A stretch of DNA of 64,000 nt from an uncultured candidate division WWE3 bacterium (GCA_903879985.1 CAIRNR010000007.1:5382-69381), one strand, 5' to 3'. Positions 20,782 through 31,590 are shown, counted from the stretch's first letter. Notes: generated by a model from the sequence alone, not told the origin. Program-made: numbers and translations.

Positions 20782-20865
20782 TGGGTTATTTTATCGCGGA
20801 TGTATATAAAAAGAAACGGGACCTGTGTAAAAATATACGACAGATCCCGTTGGCCTAAGCGAAAC

Positions 20866-21267
20866 TTACTTTAAATACAAGCTCGCAAAGGCTAGTTGAA
20901 TGCGCCCGGCTGAGTTAAGTTGTTCTTCCATATATGTGAAACCCAACTTTTCGGCCAGTTTTAAAATATCGGTCTCCGCAGGAAAAGGTGCCTTTCTGAA
21001 ACCATACTTTATGTGGTTTACCCACGTATAACCGCGTCTACCATCAGTAATGTTGCAGTAGTTGGGTAAAATCATGCATTCCAACACTGCGTTTGGGTAT
21101 TCCCCAGTGACTTGCCGAATTACAAAATATACGTACACCACATCGGTACAACACTTTCTACGGTAATCTGCATATTCAATGCCTACCAACGATTTGCCAA
21201 GTACTTCGACAATCATTTGCATCCACTCCAACGATCCCGACTGAACATCCTTAAAATCCTTTGTCAT
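20866..21267 (-). CDS. Hypothetical protein (ORFan)
   Basis: SD AAAAGGAG; terminator hairpin at ~20815-20851. Confidence 0.65.
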   Translation of the reverse strand: MTKDFKDVQSGSLEWMQMIVEVLGKSLVGIEYADYRRKCCTDVVYVYFVIRQVTGEYPNAVLECMILPNYCNITDGRRGYTWVNHIKYGFRKAPFPAETDILKLAEKLGFTYMEEQLNSAGRIQLAFASLYLK

Positions 21268-21390
21268 TTCCGCTCCTTTTCTAGATTCCGAACATTTTAC
21301 CCTAATTATTATAAAATCTGCAAACTATGTTAGTCATAGCAAAATTATGATATTTCAACATGAAATAAAATATGTATAATCAAGATCAAT

Positions 21391-22974
21391 ATGATGAAAA
21401 AAGTTTTAAGAATTTTACCTTTTGTTTTTATATATTTTCTTGCATTATTTTTTAGATTTACAAAACTAGGCTACTCAGAATTTCAGGGTGATGAAACTTC
21501 AGCACAAAATTATTTATTTGGAAACCAAGATTTTATCAAGTTTTTATTTACACGCCAGGTCGGTCCGTCACAATATATTATTTCCTACATTTCAAATTAT
21601 TTATTACACTTTGTAAATTTGTCTCCTGAATTATTTATTCGAATACCTTTTGCTTTTGCAGGTATTACTGCTGTTATAGCCTTATACTATGTGGTTAATA
21701 AATTCTTTGACCGCACAACAGCATTAATTGCAACTACACTGGCAGGTACGTCTGGATTATTAATTGCTTTATCCAGAATTGTGCAATATCAATCGTTTGT
21801 AATTTTACTTTCAATCGTTTGTGTCGGAGTCTACTTAGTATATTTAGAACGAGATCACAATATTTTATACAGCACAATATGCGGAATATTATGCGGTGTT
21901 GCGTTGCTTTTTCATTACGACGCCTTGGCATTTATTATTCCAATTATTATTCACGCCATTTTAAACAAAGATTATAAAGGAATAGTTGTAATTTTGGGTT
22001 TTACCGGCATTATTTCAAGCCTATTTTATGTTCCCTTTGTTTTATACCCAGGTTTTAGTAGCACATTTGACTATTTAATCGGAACCAGGATGAACTCATC
22101 GCCAACTCAAGATTCTATATGGTCCTCGCTAAAAATATTAGAAATGTATCATTCAAAGGAATTGTTAATGCTAGTAGGAATTGCCCTAGTTATTGCGCTA
22201 TTGAAAAGAATTAAAAATTCTACTACAACGTTTACAATATTACTTTCACTCACAGTTGATTTAATTTTGATAAGAGTTGGTATTGGAACAAGAATTCCTT
22301 GGGTGGTTTACGGATCAGTTATATGCGCAATCGCAACATTGTATATGTATTGCTTTAAAAAAACAGAAAAGGATTTACAAGATAACGCGCTTAAATTGAT
22401 AACTATTTGGTTTGGTATATCTTTTATTTTTTACGGAATGTTATTTTCAATGCCACTTACGCACATATATACTTTCTTTATCCCTCTATTTATATTGATT
22501 GGCTTTTATTTAAAAATCGCATTTGTGCGAGCAGCGACATTTCAGAAAATTGGCATAATAGGGTTAGCACTTTTTGGATTAGTCTCAGCGGTTTCGTTTA
22601 ATTATCAAGCCTTCATAGATACAACAAGAGAATATCCATGGGAGCAAAAAAAATATGTTTTTGGCTTAATGCCTAGCTATATCGCCGACGGACAAAATAT
22701 AGATGATATTTTTGGTTTTCCATACAACCGTGGGTGGAAAGGAATCGCAGGAGCTATTACCGCCATTAAGAAATTTGCCACCGTAACCACTTATGGTTCA
22801 AATGAAAAATACAGACTTACAAAATATTACATTAGAGATTTAAGTTACGTAGATAAAGATCCCGATATCTATGTTTACATTTATAAGACGCAAAACTTAG
22901 TACAAGCAGCGTCAACACATCCTGCCGAAATACCACTTGTCACAACCGGAGACTATGAAATATATCTTAAATAA
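21391..22974 (+). CDS. GT-C fold glycosyltransferase (ArnT/PMT, GT39-like)
   Basis: LFFRF...FQGDE first loop; RIPFAFAG; many TM helices. Confidence 0.8.
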   Translation: MMKKVLRILPFVFIYFLALFFRFTKLGYSEFQGDETSAQNYLFGNQDFIKFLFTRQVGPSQYIISYISNYLLHFVNLSPELFIRIPFAFAGITAVIALYYVVNKFFDRTTALIATTLAGTSGLLIALSRIVQYQSFVILLSIVCVGVYLVYLERDHNILYSTICGILCGVALLFHYDALAFIIPIIIHAILNKDYKGIVVILGFTGIISSLFYVPFVLYPGFSSTFDYLIGTRMNSSPTQDSIWSSLKILEMYHSKELLMLVGIALVIALLKRIKNSTTTFTILLSLTVDLILIRVGIGTRIPWVVYGSVICAIATLYMYCFKKTEKDLQDNALKLITIWFGISFIFYGMLFSMPLTHIYTFFIPLFILIGFYLKIAFVRAATFQKIGIIGLALFGLVSAVSFNYQAFIDTTREYPWEQKKYVFGLMPSYIADGQNIDDIFGFPYNRGWKGIAGAITAIKKFATVTTYGSNEKYRLTKYYIRDLSYVDKDPDIYVYIYKTQNLVQAASTHPAEIPLVTTGDYEIYLK

Positions 22975-25030
22975 CAAGTTTCGCTAAACGCTTATACTGC
23001 CAAGCAAATAAAGATACGAAGAAAAACAATATACCTACACCGTAATAAAAGTAATATGGCGTAAATATAAACTCAACTTTGTGGTCACCTGCGGCCAAAT
23101 CAAAGTTCATAAATACGCCGCGGGTATCGAGAGCGGTTTGCTTGCCATCTACGTATAATCTCCATTCAGGATCGGATTTTAAATAGGTAACAATAGTTTG
23201 TTGAACATTATTTTTCACATTCATTACAATGTGCCCCTCGCTTTTTACAACATAAGAACTGGAAGGATCAATGTTTGATAACAAGTCAGTGTTTGGATTT
23301 TCGTTAATTGTAAGTGTTCTGTCAGCTTCGGTTTTGGGTTGAAACACTGCGACCACACCAAGAGCTTGAAATTTAACTACATCATCATATGTTTGCGTAC
23401 TTTTACTAACAACGTGTTTATAACTTGTTAGATCAACTTGATTCAACAAACGCATGTAATTATTTTTTGTAAAGTTACTATAACCAAACGGAGACCACGA
23501 TTTTACAAAAAGATATTCCATGCCTACCAATCCCGAACGCGTAATAATTCTTTGGTTTGTATATTCCGTAGGTATTTGTACAACTTTTTCGCGATCACGA
23601 ATATCCATGATTCGGTAGTTCAACACGTCTTGGGCGAACAAAAATAAATCAGCAAATACAATAAACACAACAAGCGCCGAAATATACATTAAATATTTAG
23701 GTTTAAACTTTTTAACTAAAACAACGCCAACACATAATAGAACCGTAACGCCAATCAAAATTAACCAACGATTAAAATCATCTGTAGCTCGCAAGTGGGT
23801 AATATTTGCGCGCATATAATTTGCCATCGAGCCTATTTCATTCACTTCAAGACTCATATTTATTTTTATTAAAAAGAATATATAAGCTACGGGTGCTAAG
23901 GTTAAAGCCAGATTAATTAAATAATCTTTCTTTTGTAGCTTCTCAAAGGGATTCGAAATAAAACATGCGGCCATAATTCCAAAAGCAAAGGAACCCAAAA
24001 ACACTGTCCTTTCCCAATACCTAAACAAATCTATCAAAATTAATTTATTTACCAACAAGAAAGGCTCGTTATTTAAAAACGAAAGTAAAACCACTAGCCA
24101 AACCAGGCTATAACAAAAATAATAAAGCTTGTTTCGTTTTAGGAATATAAAAGCAAAAGCGCCGATAATTAGCACTGAAATTCCCATGTAATTATAAATT
24201 TCTGTGTACGTAAAACGCTGACCTACTAAATAACCATCATAAGATGCCCAACGTTTAAATAAATATGGATAGGCAAATGTTCCTGCCGCATTGGGCATAA
24301 GCGAGCCTTGTAAGTAGGAAACCCCGCCATCGCGATATCCGTCTTTAAACAAAAAGTAATTTGGAATTAACAAAGGTACCGTAAGAATTAAACTTAAAAA
24401 GCCTGTGATTCCGAAATACAAAAAGAATCGTTTTACACCAATATCCTTAATATGGACCAACGCATAAAGCACCAAACCAAAAATAATTATTAACGGAAAC
24501 TGGATATGTCCCCAGTAAACAGCATCGGCAAGAGCTAGTGCCTGAAACACAATATATTTAAGTTGTTTTTTCTCTATAAAAATATCCAAAAGTAAAAAGT
24601 GTAACGGCGCTAAATACGTAATAAGTATTACGCTCAAGTGAACTTGATGATTCAGCATGAAAAAACAAAAGTAGTAAGCCAAATTGGCGACTGCAAAACC
24701 TAGTATGTTAACGTTTTTACGCTTTAGTAGGAGATAAATAGAAATAGAGCCTATTAGATAACAAAGTATGTGAATGATCTTATACGAAAGCATTGGTCCA
24801 AAAACCAATATTCCAGCAATATTAAAAACGTTTAAGTAAGAGTTTTCCATGTCGGCATATATCGGAGTACCTGAAAATATTCGTTCTGACCAAAAAGGAA
24901 AGCGATGCTGGGTTAAAATGATTTCACGTAAATACGCACGGACCGGATAATATTCGGTAACCATGTCACTTCCCCAAAAACCAAAATTAGGGGAAAAAAC
25001 CTTGTAAAAGAAGACTACGTACATTAACAA
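22967..25030 (-). CDS. YfhO family membrane protein (GT-C-like)
   Basis: FPFWSERIFSGTPIYAD; C-terminal PEWRLYVDGK...AGDHKVEFIFTP; the true start may be ATA at 25081. Confidence 0.8.
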   Translation of the reverse strand: MLMYVVFFYKVFSPNFGFWGSDMVTEYYPVRAYLREIILTQHRFPFWSERIFSGTPIYADMENSYLNVFNIAGILVFGPMLSYKIIHILCYLIGSISIYLLLKRKNVNILGFAVANLAYYFCFFMLNHQVHLSVILITYLAPLHFLLLDIFIEKKQLKYIVFQALALADAVYWGHIQFPLIIIFGLVLYALVHIKDIGVKRFFLYFGITGFLSLILTVPLLIPNYFLFKDGYRDGGVSYLQGSLMPNAAGTFAYPYLFKRWASYDGYLVGQRFTYTEIYNYMGISVLIIGAFAFIFLKRNKLYYFCYSLVWLVVLLSFLNNEPFLLVNKLILIDLFRYWERTVFLGSFAFGIMAACFISNPFEKLQKKDYLINLALTLAPVAYIFFLIKINMSLEVNEIGSMANYMRANITHLRATDDFNRWLILIGVTVLLCVGVVLVKKFKPKYLMYISALVVFIVFADLFLFAQDVLNYRIMDIRDREKVVQIPTEYTNQRIITRSGLVGMEYLFVKSWSPFGYSNFTKNNYMRLLNQVDLTSYKHVVSKSTQTYDDVVKFQALGVVAVFQPKTEADRTLTINENPNTDLLSNIDPSSSYVVKSEGHIVMNVKNNVQQTIVTYLKSDPEWRLYVDGKQTALDTRGVFMNFDLAAGDHKVEFIFTPYYFYYGVGILFFFVSLFAWQYKRLAKLVI

Positions 25031-25195
25031 GGAAATTAAAATTGCAATTATTATAGGTTTTGTCTTTAGTAGTTTTAGTATTGAATTATTATATCAGTTT
25101 AATTTTTGCAACGTTTCCAGACCTGTAGTTAGTATTTTGCGTATGTGCGCTATAATGGCGGTATCCAAATTCGGAAATAGAAAGAGAGGAAAAGA

Positions 25196-25639
25196 ATGAA
25201 CGCGATACTTATAATAAGTGGTAAACGTGGCAGCTACGATTACACGATGTGGCTTGAAGATGCTATACAAAAATATGTGTTGCAAAAAGAGCTAGAACAC
25301 ATCAAGGTAAGAACCGTTGCTTTAAACGAAGTGGTGGCCATATCTCAAAGGGAACTTTCCCACTTTACAATGGCCATCGTTGATATGGGAAAAACTCCAG
25401 AAAAGGACATTGAGCTGGAAACCATCAGCATGCTACGGTTCCTTAAAGAATCCGGAATTTACTGCATCGTTGTACATCGGTTTGACGTAACTCCCAGTTT
25501 TGTGAGGGAGATTCTGCGCGCCCGCGGAATTAATCCACGGCATGCCCACGATATTTTGGATGGCCGACATTCAATTGAATCCGTGGTAAAAGATGTAATG
25601 TTGCAATTAAGTTACGCGGTAGTACAAAAATCAAAATAA
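25196..25639 (+). CDS. Hypothetical protein (possible degenerate receiver-like fold)
   Basis: SD GAGGA; downstream terminator; beta-alpha pattern AILII...AIVDM...IVV. Confidence 0.6.
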   Translation: MNAILIISGKRGSYDYTMWLEDAIQKYVLQKELEHIKVRTVALNEVVAISQRELSHFTMAIVDMGKTPEKDIELETISMLRFLKESGIYCIVVHRFDVTPSFVREILRARGINPRHAHDILDGRHSIESVVKDVMLQLSYAVVQKSK

Positions 25640-25751
25640 TAGACGAGTAAATATAATGAAAACAAAACCCTTCTCGACAAAAGCGCGAAGGGTTTCTTTT
25701 TACGCATTTATATTACTAGCAACTTTAATCAATGCCTTGTAAAATCAACAT

Positions 25752-27698
25752 ATGGTCACAATTTTAGATTTTTATTTATCTACACTATTGTTCGCGATTC
25801 CGGGCTTTTTATTTATTCACAAACTATTTCCCAAGAACGCAGGTAAAAACTATGCATTTAGTAGAATATTTGGACTTCTTATAATTTCCTACCTTTCATG
25901 GATATTTGCGTACGTTCTTAGAATTAAAATCACGACTGTTTCAATACTTGCCCTTGTTTTTGTAACAACATTATTAGGACTTTACCTAAATAAAAGTATT
26001 CTGAAAACTTTATTAAAAAAATATTACAAACCGGTGTTACTATACGAGCTTTTGTTTATTATATTTTTCTCCGCAATGCTTTTGTACAGATCGGCGACAC
26101 CCAACATTGAAGATATTGAAAAATTTATGGACTTTGGAATTTATAACGGGCTGTATCGAGCCGAAACTGTTCCGCCAAAAGACGTGTGGATGAGTGGAAA
26201 GATAATTAACTATTACTATTTCGGACAATATTCACTTGTAACCATAAATAAAATTAATCATATTGATACCGCTGTTTCATATAATCTAAATGTAGCGTTA
26301 ATTTTTGCCAGTGCAGGCGTCATGCTTTTTGCCATTTGTTTTGTAATAACAAACAATTTTTTTGCGTCGTTATTTGGTGCGCTCTTATTAATAGTAGCCG
26401 GCAACATAGACATTATGTTCCACGACCTTTCAGGAACAACTACTGGTTATTTTTATGCTGATGCACGAAGCTTAATTAAATACACAATAAACGAATTTCC
26501 GGCTTACAGCTTTTTAATTAGTGACCTTCACGCACATATTATTGATTTACTTTACGTAGTATTAATGCTTGGTCTTACAGTTAACTACTTTTTTACCGCC
26601 ACCGAAGAAACAAATATATTTCAGCTCGGCGTATTGGCACTTAGCTTGGGAGCTCTTGGTGTAACAAATACTTGGGATCTAATCATTTACGCCCCACTAG
26701 TGTTTTTGATAACGCTATGGAAACACAGGCTAAAAGTGCCGGAGATATTTGCAGTAGCACCAATTTCAATTCTTCTTTTTTTGCCTTATTACATTGATTT
26801 TAATTCGGCCACTTCAGGCGTAGGAATTGTGACACAAAGAGATGAAATTTTACCAATAATGAAAATGTTCGGATATTTCTTTATGGCAAGTCTTTTGTAC
26901 GTTACCTTTTTTGTAAAAAACAAATTTGTAAAGCCAGAACATAAGCTTGTTGGATTATTTTTTATGTACGCACTTTTTTTAGTTTGCGTGCCGGAAGTCG
27001 TTTTTTTAAAAGATATATATTTTAAATTAAATCCACCCTACTCTCGTGCCAACACTGTCTTTAAAGTGTGGTATCAGGCTTGGGTTTTGTTTTGCATTGC
27101 TACAGCTTGTGCGTATTTTTACCTGATAAAAAGATTTTGGCCAAAAATTAAAAAGATTAAGACCTTCCCAATATTTTTACCATTTATCATGGATGTAGCA
27201 TTACTAACTTTTTTTGTGTTTAAATATCCTATAAATAGCGTTCGATATATAACCGGGGATACATACGAAAACAAAGGACTAAACGGTGAGGACTACCTTA
27301 AATCTTATTCACTTGGCGATTACATACTTATAAAATATCTGAATCAAAACATTACTGGGCAACCGATTATTTTAGAAGCAGCAGGATCTTCATATACCCA
27401 TGATTCTGTTATATCTTCATATACAGGACTTCCTACTGTAATAGGTTGGTCCGATCATGAACTTGGGTGGCGCGCCGATTGGCCGTATATTGCAAACCGC
27501 CTTGGTGATATCGAAATAATGTATAAAAGCTCTGACATCGAAAAGGTTTCAGAATTAGTTAAACAATATGGTATTCAATATGTAGTCATCTCAGGAACAG
27601 AGCGCGCAAAATACGGTGCAAACGCCGGAGAAACTTTAAAGGAACTATATTCTACAATATACGAAAGCGACGGCGTGACTTTGCTAAAAACAAACTAA
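25752..27698 (+). CDS. DUF2298 / Chlor_Arch_YYY family membrane protein
   Basis: EKFMDF, PPKDVWMSG..INYYYFG, INEFP.YSFL.SDLHAH and TGLPTVIGW..HE..WR motifs. Confidence 0.9.
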   Translation: MVTILDFYLSTLLFAIPGFLFIHKLFPKNAGKNYAFSRIFGLLIISYLSWIFAYVLRIKITTVSILALVFVTTLLGLYLNKSILKTLLKKYYKPVLLYELLFIIFFSAMLLYRSATPNIEDIEKFMDFGIYNGLYRAETVPPKDVWMSGKIINYYYFGQYSLVTINKINHIDTAVSYNLNVALIFASAGVMLFAICFVITNNFFASLFGALLLIVAGNIDIMFHDLSGTTTGYFYADARSLIKYTINEFPAYSFLISDLHAHIIDLLYVVLMLGLTVNYFFTATEETNIFQLGVLALSLGALGVTNTWDLIIYAPLVFLITLWKHRLKVPEIFAVAPISILLFLPYYIDFNSATSGVGIVTQRDEILPIMKMFGYFFMASLLYVTFFVKNKFVKPEHKLVGLFFMYALFLVCVPEVVFLKDIYFKLNPPYSRANTVFKVWYQAWVLFCIATACAYFYLIKRFWPKIKKIKTFPIFLPFIMDVALLTFFVFKYPINSVRYITGDTYENKGLNGEDYLKSYSLGDYILIKYLNQNITGQPIILEAAGSSYTHDSVISSYTGLPTVIGWSDHELGWRADWPYIANRLGDIEIMYKSSDIEKVSELVKQYGIQYVVISGTERAKYGANAGETLKELYSTIYESDGVTLLKTN

Positions 27699-27700
27699 CT

Positions 27701-28243
27701 ATGGAACCAAATAAAATTATTCGATCGAAAAGAAGAACACTAGCAATAGAAATAAGTCCTCGCGCTGAACTTATTGTCCGCGCGCCCAACAGACTTCCTG
27801 AAAACCAAATCGTTAAATTTATAGAGCAAAGGTCGGCGTGGATTGAAAAACACATTCAAGAAGCAATTAAAAATGTTAATCGCGCTAAACCTGAGGAATT
27901 AAATCAAGATATATTAGTTTTAAAAAGACAAACAAGACAAGTTGTAAAAATTAAAGTGGAACAGTTTTCCAAAATAATGGGACTGAAATATCAAGATATT
28001 AAAATAAGCAAAGCCAAGTCAAAATGGGGATCTTGCTCGCCCACAAATAATCTTTCGTTTAGTCGGGTTCTTGCTGCTCTTCCGGAAACAGTTTTAGACT
28101 ACGTGGTCATACACGAACTTGCGCATATTAAACATAAAAATCACATGCAACAATTTTGGAACCTCGTTCAAGAATACTGTCCAGACTACAAAAATCAAAG
28201 AAGGTGGCTTAGAGAACACGCGTACTTGTTGGAACTGGCATAA
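27701..28243 (+). CDS. YgjP/DUF45 (SprT-like, M48-annotated) zinc metalloprotein
   Basis: RSKRRTL, KWGSCS and YVVIHELAH...NH...FW motifs. Confidence 0.9.
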   Translation: MEPNKIIRSKRRTLAIEISPRAELIVRAPNRLPENQIVKFIEQRSAWIEKHIQEAIKNVNRAKPEELNQDILVLKRQTRQVVKIKVEQFSKIMGLKYQDIKISKAKSKWGSCSPTNNLSFSRVLAALPETVLDYVVIHELAHIKHKNHMQQFWNLVQEYCPDYKNQRRWLREHAYLLELA

Positions 28244-28259
28244 GGTATAATACAAAGCT

Positions 28260-28712
28260 ATGACCGAACAAAACACACCAGAAACACAAACCGAGCAGAA
28301 ATTTACATGCATACACTGCGGCATAACCATTGAAGTAACACCTTTTATGGGAACAAATAACCGTAACCATTGCCCAACTTGTTTATGGTCAAAACACGTT
28401 GATGAAACAACAGGTGATCGAAAATCAACTTGTGGCGGCGCTATGGAACCAATTGGATTAACTTTCAAAAACGCTACAGGTGGTGCAACTGGTGAACTAA
28501 TGTTAATTCACGAATGCATGGAATGCGGGAAATTTAATATAAATAGAATAGCTGCCGATGACGATATAGATGCTATTAAAAAAGTGTTTGAAAATTCACT
28601 ACTTCCCGACATACGCTCAATAAGTAATAAACTTAAGCAGCAAAACATTCACTTAGCGACATATAAAGATTCCGAAGAAGTTCACACCCAACTTTTTGGT
28701 AAGAACAGTTGA
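28260..28712 (+). CDS. RNHCP domain protein
   Basis: FTCIHCG...RNHCPTCLWSKHVD...GDR...CGG.MEP. Confidence 0.92.
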   Translation: MTEQNTPETQTEQKFTCIHCGITIEVTPFMGTNNRNHCPTCLWSKHVDETTGDRKSTCGGAMEPIGLTFKNATGGATGELMLIHECMECGKFNINRIAADDDIDAIKKVFENSLLPDIRSISNKLKQQNIHLATYKDSEEVHTQLFGKNS

Positions 28713-28743
28713 TTATATTTTGGTCCACCTTTATCATATAAAA

Positions 28744-29376
28744 ATGTATATCGTCCTTGAAGGAATAATTGGAACTGGTAAAACTACGCAATCAAAAAAA
28801 CTTGCTGAATACCTGAAACAAAAATTTCCTGAAAAAGAGATTGTAACTACACGTGAGCCGGGCGGAACTGAAATTGCGGAAGTGATTCGTAAAGTTGTTC
28901 AAGGCACAGAATTCGAAGAAGAAATGGAATGTGTTTGCGAAGCATATTTGTATGCAGCTTCGCGTGCACAATCGTTACGAAAGATTGTTAAACCAGTAAT
29001 AGATAGAGGTGGCATAGTCGTTTCAGACAGAAGTTTTATTACCAGTTTAACAAACCAAGCATTTGGGCGTGATCTGGGTTTACAAAAAGTTTTGGATATA
29101 AACTTACCGGCCGTTGCCGAGATAATGCCGGATTTAGTATTATTCATGGACTTGGATATTAAAAAAGGTATGCTCCGAGCCTTTGACCAAAAAGGCGATA
29201 AATTCGAGTCTTTAGGTGAAGATTTCTACCAAAAAGTCTATAACGGTCACAATGAAGTAACCAAATTACCGATTTTTAAAGATAAATGGCTAAGTATCGA
29301 CGCGGATGGTACTATTGACGAGGTCTTTGAACGAGTTAAACTGGCTGTTGAGTCTTTTTTATTAAATCGTGTATAA
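28744..29376 (+). CDS. tmk: Thymidylate kinase
   Basis: IVLEGIIGTGKTTQ P-loop, TREPGG, LYAASRAQ, VSDR. Confidence 0.95.
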   Translation: MYIVLEGIIGTGKTTQSKKLAEYLKQKFPEKEIVTTREPGGTEIAEVIRKVVQGTEFEEEMECVCEAYLYAASRAQSLRKIVKPVIDRGGIVVSDRSFITSLTNQAFGRDLGLQKVLDINLPAVAEIMPDLVLFMDLDIKKGMLRAFDQKGDKFESLGEDFYQKVYNGHNEVTKLPIFKDKWLSIDADGTIDEVFERVKLAVESFLLNRV

Positions 29377-29398
29377 TGCTAAGGTTTTGTACTGGTGC

Positions 29399-29473
29399 GG
29401 GGGCGTAGCTCAGTGGTAGAGCATCTGCCTTTTAAGCAGAGTGTCGTGGGTCCGATCCCCACCGCCCTCACCA
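29399..29473 (+). tRNA. tRNA-Lys (TTT)
   Basis: GGGGGCG...TCTGC-CT-TTT-AA-GCAGA...GTGGG-TCCGATC-CCCAC-CGCCCTC-A-CCA. Confidence 0.95.
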
Positions 29474-29618
29474 TAATTTCATTGTTCTACCAGACGCACT
29501 CTCTTATAGATATATACATCAAAAATACCAAACTAAATAAAAGATAACTTACAAATCAAAGCGGTGATATAATTTTATTGAACATAAAACGAATCTAGCT
29601 TAGGAAAGGAGAACTACT

Positions 29619-29771
29619 ATGTCCCCGTATCACGGTCCTGGAGAAGGTGACGAGGAAGAGTCCGCCGGTGAACAAGAAGAAGCCGCACAAACTGAGGAAG
29701 AACAGCTTTGGTCTCAGCGTGAGGAAGAACTTGAAGCACAGGGCGGATATACCGGCGACGAAGAAACTTAA
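29619..29771 (+). CDS. 50-aa acidic small protein (not in ORF track)
   Basis: SD AAAGGAG; MSPYHGPGEGDEEESAGEQEEAAQTEEEQLWSQREEELEAQGGYTGDEET*. Confidence 0.65.
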   Translation: MSPYHGPGEGDEEESAGEQEEAAQTEEEQLWSQREEELEAQGGYTGDEET

Positions 29772-29869
29772 ACAATGAGTTTACCTACCGGCATTAGCGT
29801 CATCCGTGGAGTGAGCAGATTTCAAGTTTTATAAACCTACGAGTCTGCCCACTCCAAAATTTTACACAT

Positions 29870-30316
29870 ATGATGTACATAAAATATTTAGACCAAGCAA
29901 AAATAGTTGGAAAATTCCAAACAATTGAGCAAATAGTAGCGGTAAAACCTCGTGTTGTTGAGGCAGTTGGATATCTTATAAAAGAGGATGATTCAGGATT
30001 TTTCATCGCCGCCACAATAAACGGACCTCAATATAACAATGTGTTATTTATTCCAAAAGAAGCAGTAGTAGAAGTTGTTAAAGAAACTGCTCAAAATTCA
30101 AACAACAATATGTTTGTTGAAATGGAATACATTGAAACACAGGGTATGGATAAAATATCAAAGGATAAGTTAGAAACAATGCCTAAGCCTCCTATTGTTA
30201 AGATTTGCGGATTTTTAGCTGTGGAAACCGAAGATACAATGTATATTGCTCAAGAAAAAAATACAGACGGTGCTTTTAGGACGATAACTCTTATTCCTAA
30301 AAAATATATTAAATAA
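29870..30316 (+). CDS. Hypothetical protein with two tandem copies of a small beta domain
   Basis: Repeated P..V...G.L..E......IA.......IPK motif in each half. Confidence 0.65.
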   Translation: MMYIKYLDQAKIVGKFQTIEQIVAVKPRVVEAVGYLIKEDDSGFFIAATINGPQYNNVLFIPKEAVVEVVKETAQNSNNNMFVEMEYIETQGMDKISKDKLETMPKPPIVKICGFLAVETEDTMYIAQEKNTDGAFRTITLIPKKYIK

Positions 30317-30325
30317 CAATATTCA

Positions 30326-31504
30326 CTAACGATAACCCTGCAAAACCCTTACTAAATTCTCATAAACAGCGGCATTTAGTAAATTGCCAGGAATCATATT
30401 CCAACTATAAATATAGACCAGTGGTATTACAACTAACATCAATAGCTTTGACCTGCGCGTCTGAAACAAATTACTTAAGGGTATCACTATAGTAAACGGC
30501 GCAATAGCCAGTAAACAGCGACTCAAATCAGTATGAATAACGAAAAGCATTAATAAAAAATATACTAAGGAATACTTAAAAAGCACTCCTCTATTACGGA
30601 TCTGATACAGACCAAATCCGTATAGTAAGTACATTAACAGATAAAACTCAGCAGAATGTGTATTTGCACTTTTTGAATACGCTACAAAAATTTCAAAAGG
30701 ATAGCTACCAAATAACCTTGAGTTATAAGACATGTACGCAAAAAAATCCCCGAATACGTGTTGATAATAGAAAAATGTAAGGAATAGCGGAATACCCCCA
30801 GCATAAATAATCCAAAGATTCCTATCACAAACTAATTTTTCTAGAAAGCTGTAAATCTGCACTATATATCCTTTGATATTTTTGGTAGCCGTGTGTTTTC
30901 GATTTTTGTAATGCTCAAAGAATAATTCAGTTAAATATATAGGTATCAATAAAATTCCGAATATTCTAGTAATACTGGCCAACCCAGCAAATAAAGAGGC
31001 CAAGGCATATTTCTTTTTATAAAAACATAATAATGATGTGATTAATAAGGCCAAGAAAATTCCTTCGGTAGCACCAAGATTGCGATATATTAAAATTCTA
31101 GGAGGCAAAAACAAAAGAAGGATTGCCGCCCAAAACGGTTGCTCCACAAGCTTAAGTTCTTTTACGAACAGATAAAAGATAACTGACAAATATATTGAAG
31201 AAATTATAGATACAAGCAACATCCCAATTTCATATCCTGAAAAAAAAGACATAAACCTTATTAACAGTGGATAAAAGGGTAGATGGCAAGAAAAGTAGGA
31301 AGGAGGGATTCCATAAAAGCTTAAGGGATTATTTTCGGGAATAGAATACAAGGTTTTCGCTACATACATGTAATTTGGGCCATCCCAATATCTTGTTAGA
31401 ACACTGATATTGTTACGAAATGGAAAATATAGTGCTAATGCTGCGATCAAAGTAATGAGTATTAGTATATAAATTTCGTTGAGATTTTTAGCTTTGCTGT
31501 TCAC
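30326..31504 (-). CDS. GT-C membrane glycosyltransferase (PIG-V/mannosyltransferase-like)
   Basis: RYWDGPNY..VA, PFYPLLI, TEGIFL, ASITRIFG. Confidence 0.8.
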   Translation of the reverse strand: MNSKAKNLNEIYILILITLIAALALYFPFRNNISVLTRYWDGPNYMYVAKTLYSIPENNPLSFYGIPPSYFSCHLPFYPLLIRFMSFFSGYEIGMLLVSIISSIYLSVIFYLFVKELKLVEQPFWAAILLLFLPPRILIYRNLGATEGIFLALLITSLLCFYKKKYALASLFAGLASITRIFGILLIPIYLTELFFEHYKNRKHTATKNIKGYIVQIYSFLEKLVCDRNLWIIYAGGIPLFLTFFYYQHVFGDFFAYMSYNSRLFGSYPFEIFVAYSKSANTHSAEFYLLMYLLYGFGLYQIRNRGVLFKYSLVYFLLMLFVIHTDLSRCLLAIAPFTIVIPLSNLFQTRRSKLLMLVVIPLVYIYSWNMIPGNLLNAAVYENLVRVLQGYR

Positions 31505-31590
31505 GTTCTTTATTATCTCATTTCTTTATGAAATAAAAAAAGACCACCTACTTTTTACAAAATAGATGGTCTAAAACAAAAACATTGGCG

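Noticed and set aside
29474-29620. 3' duplication of tRNA-Lys (att scar)
   Set aside because: No second copy of its 3' end was found nearby by eye.
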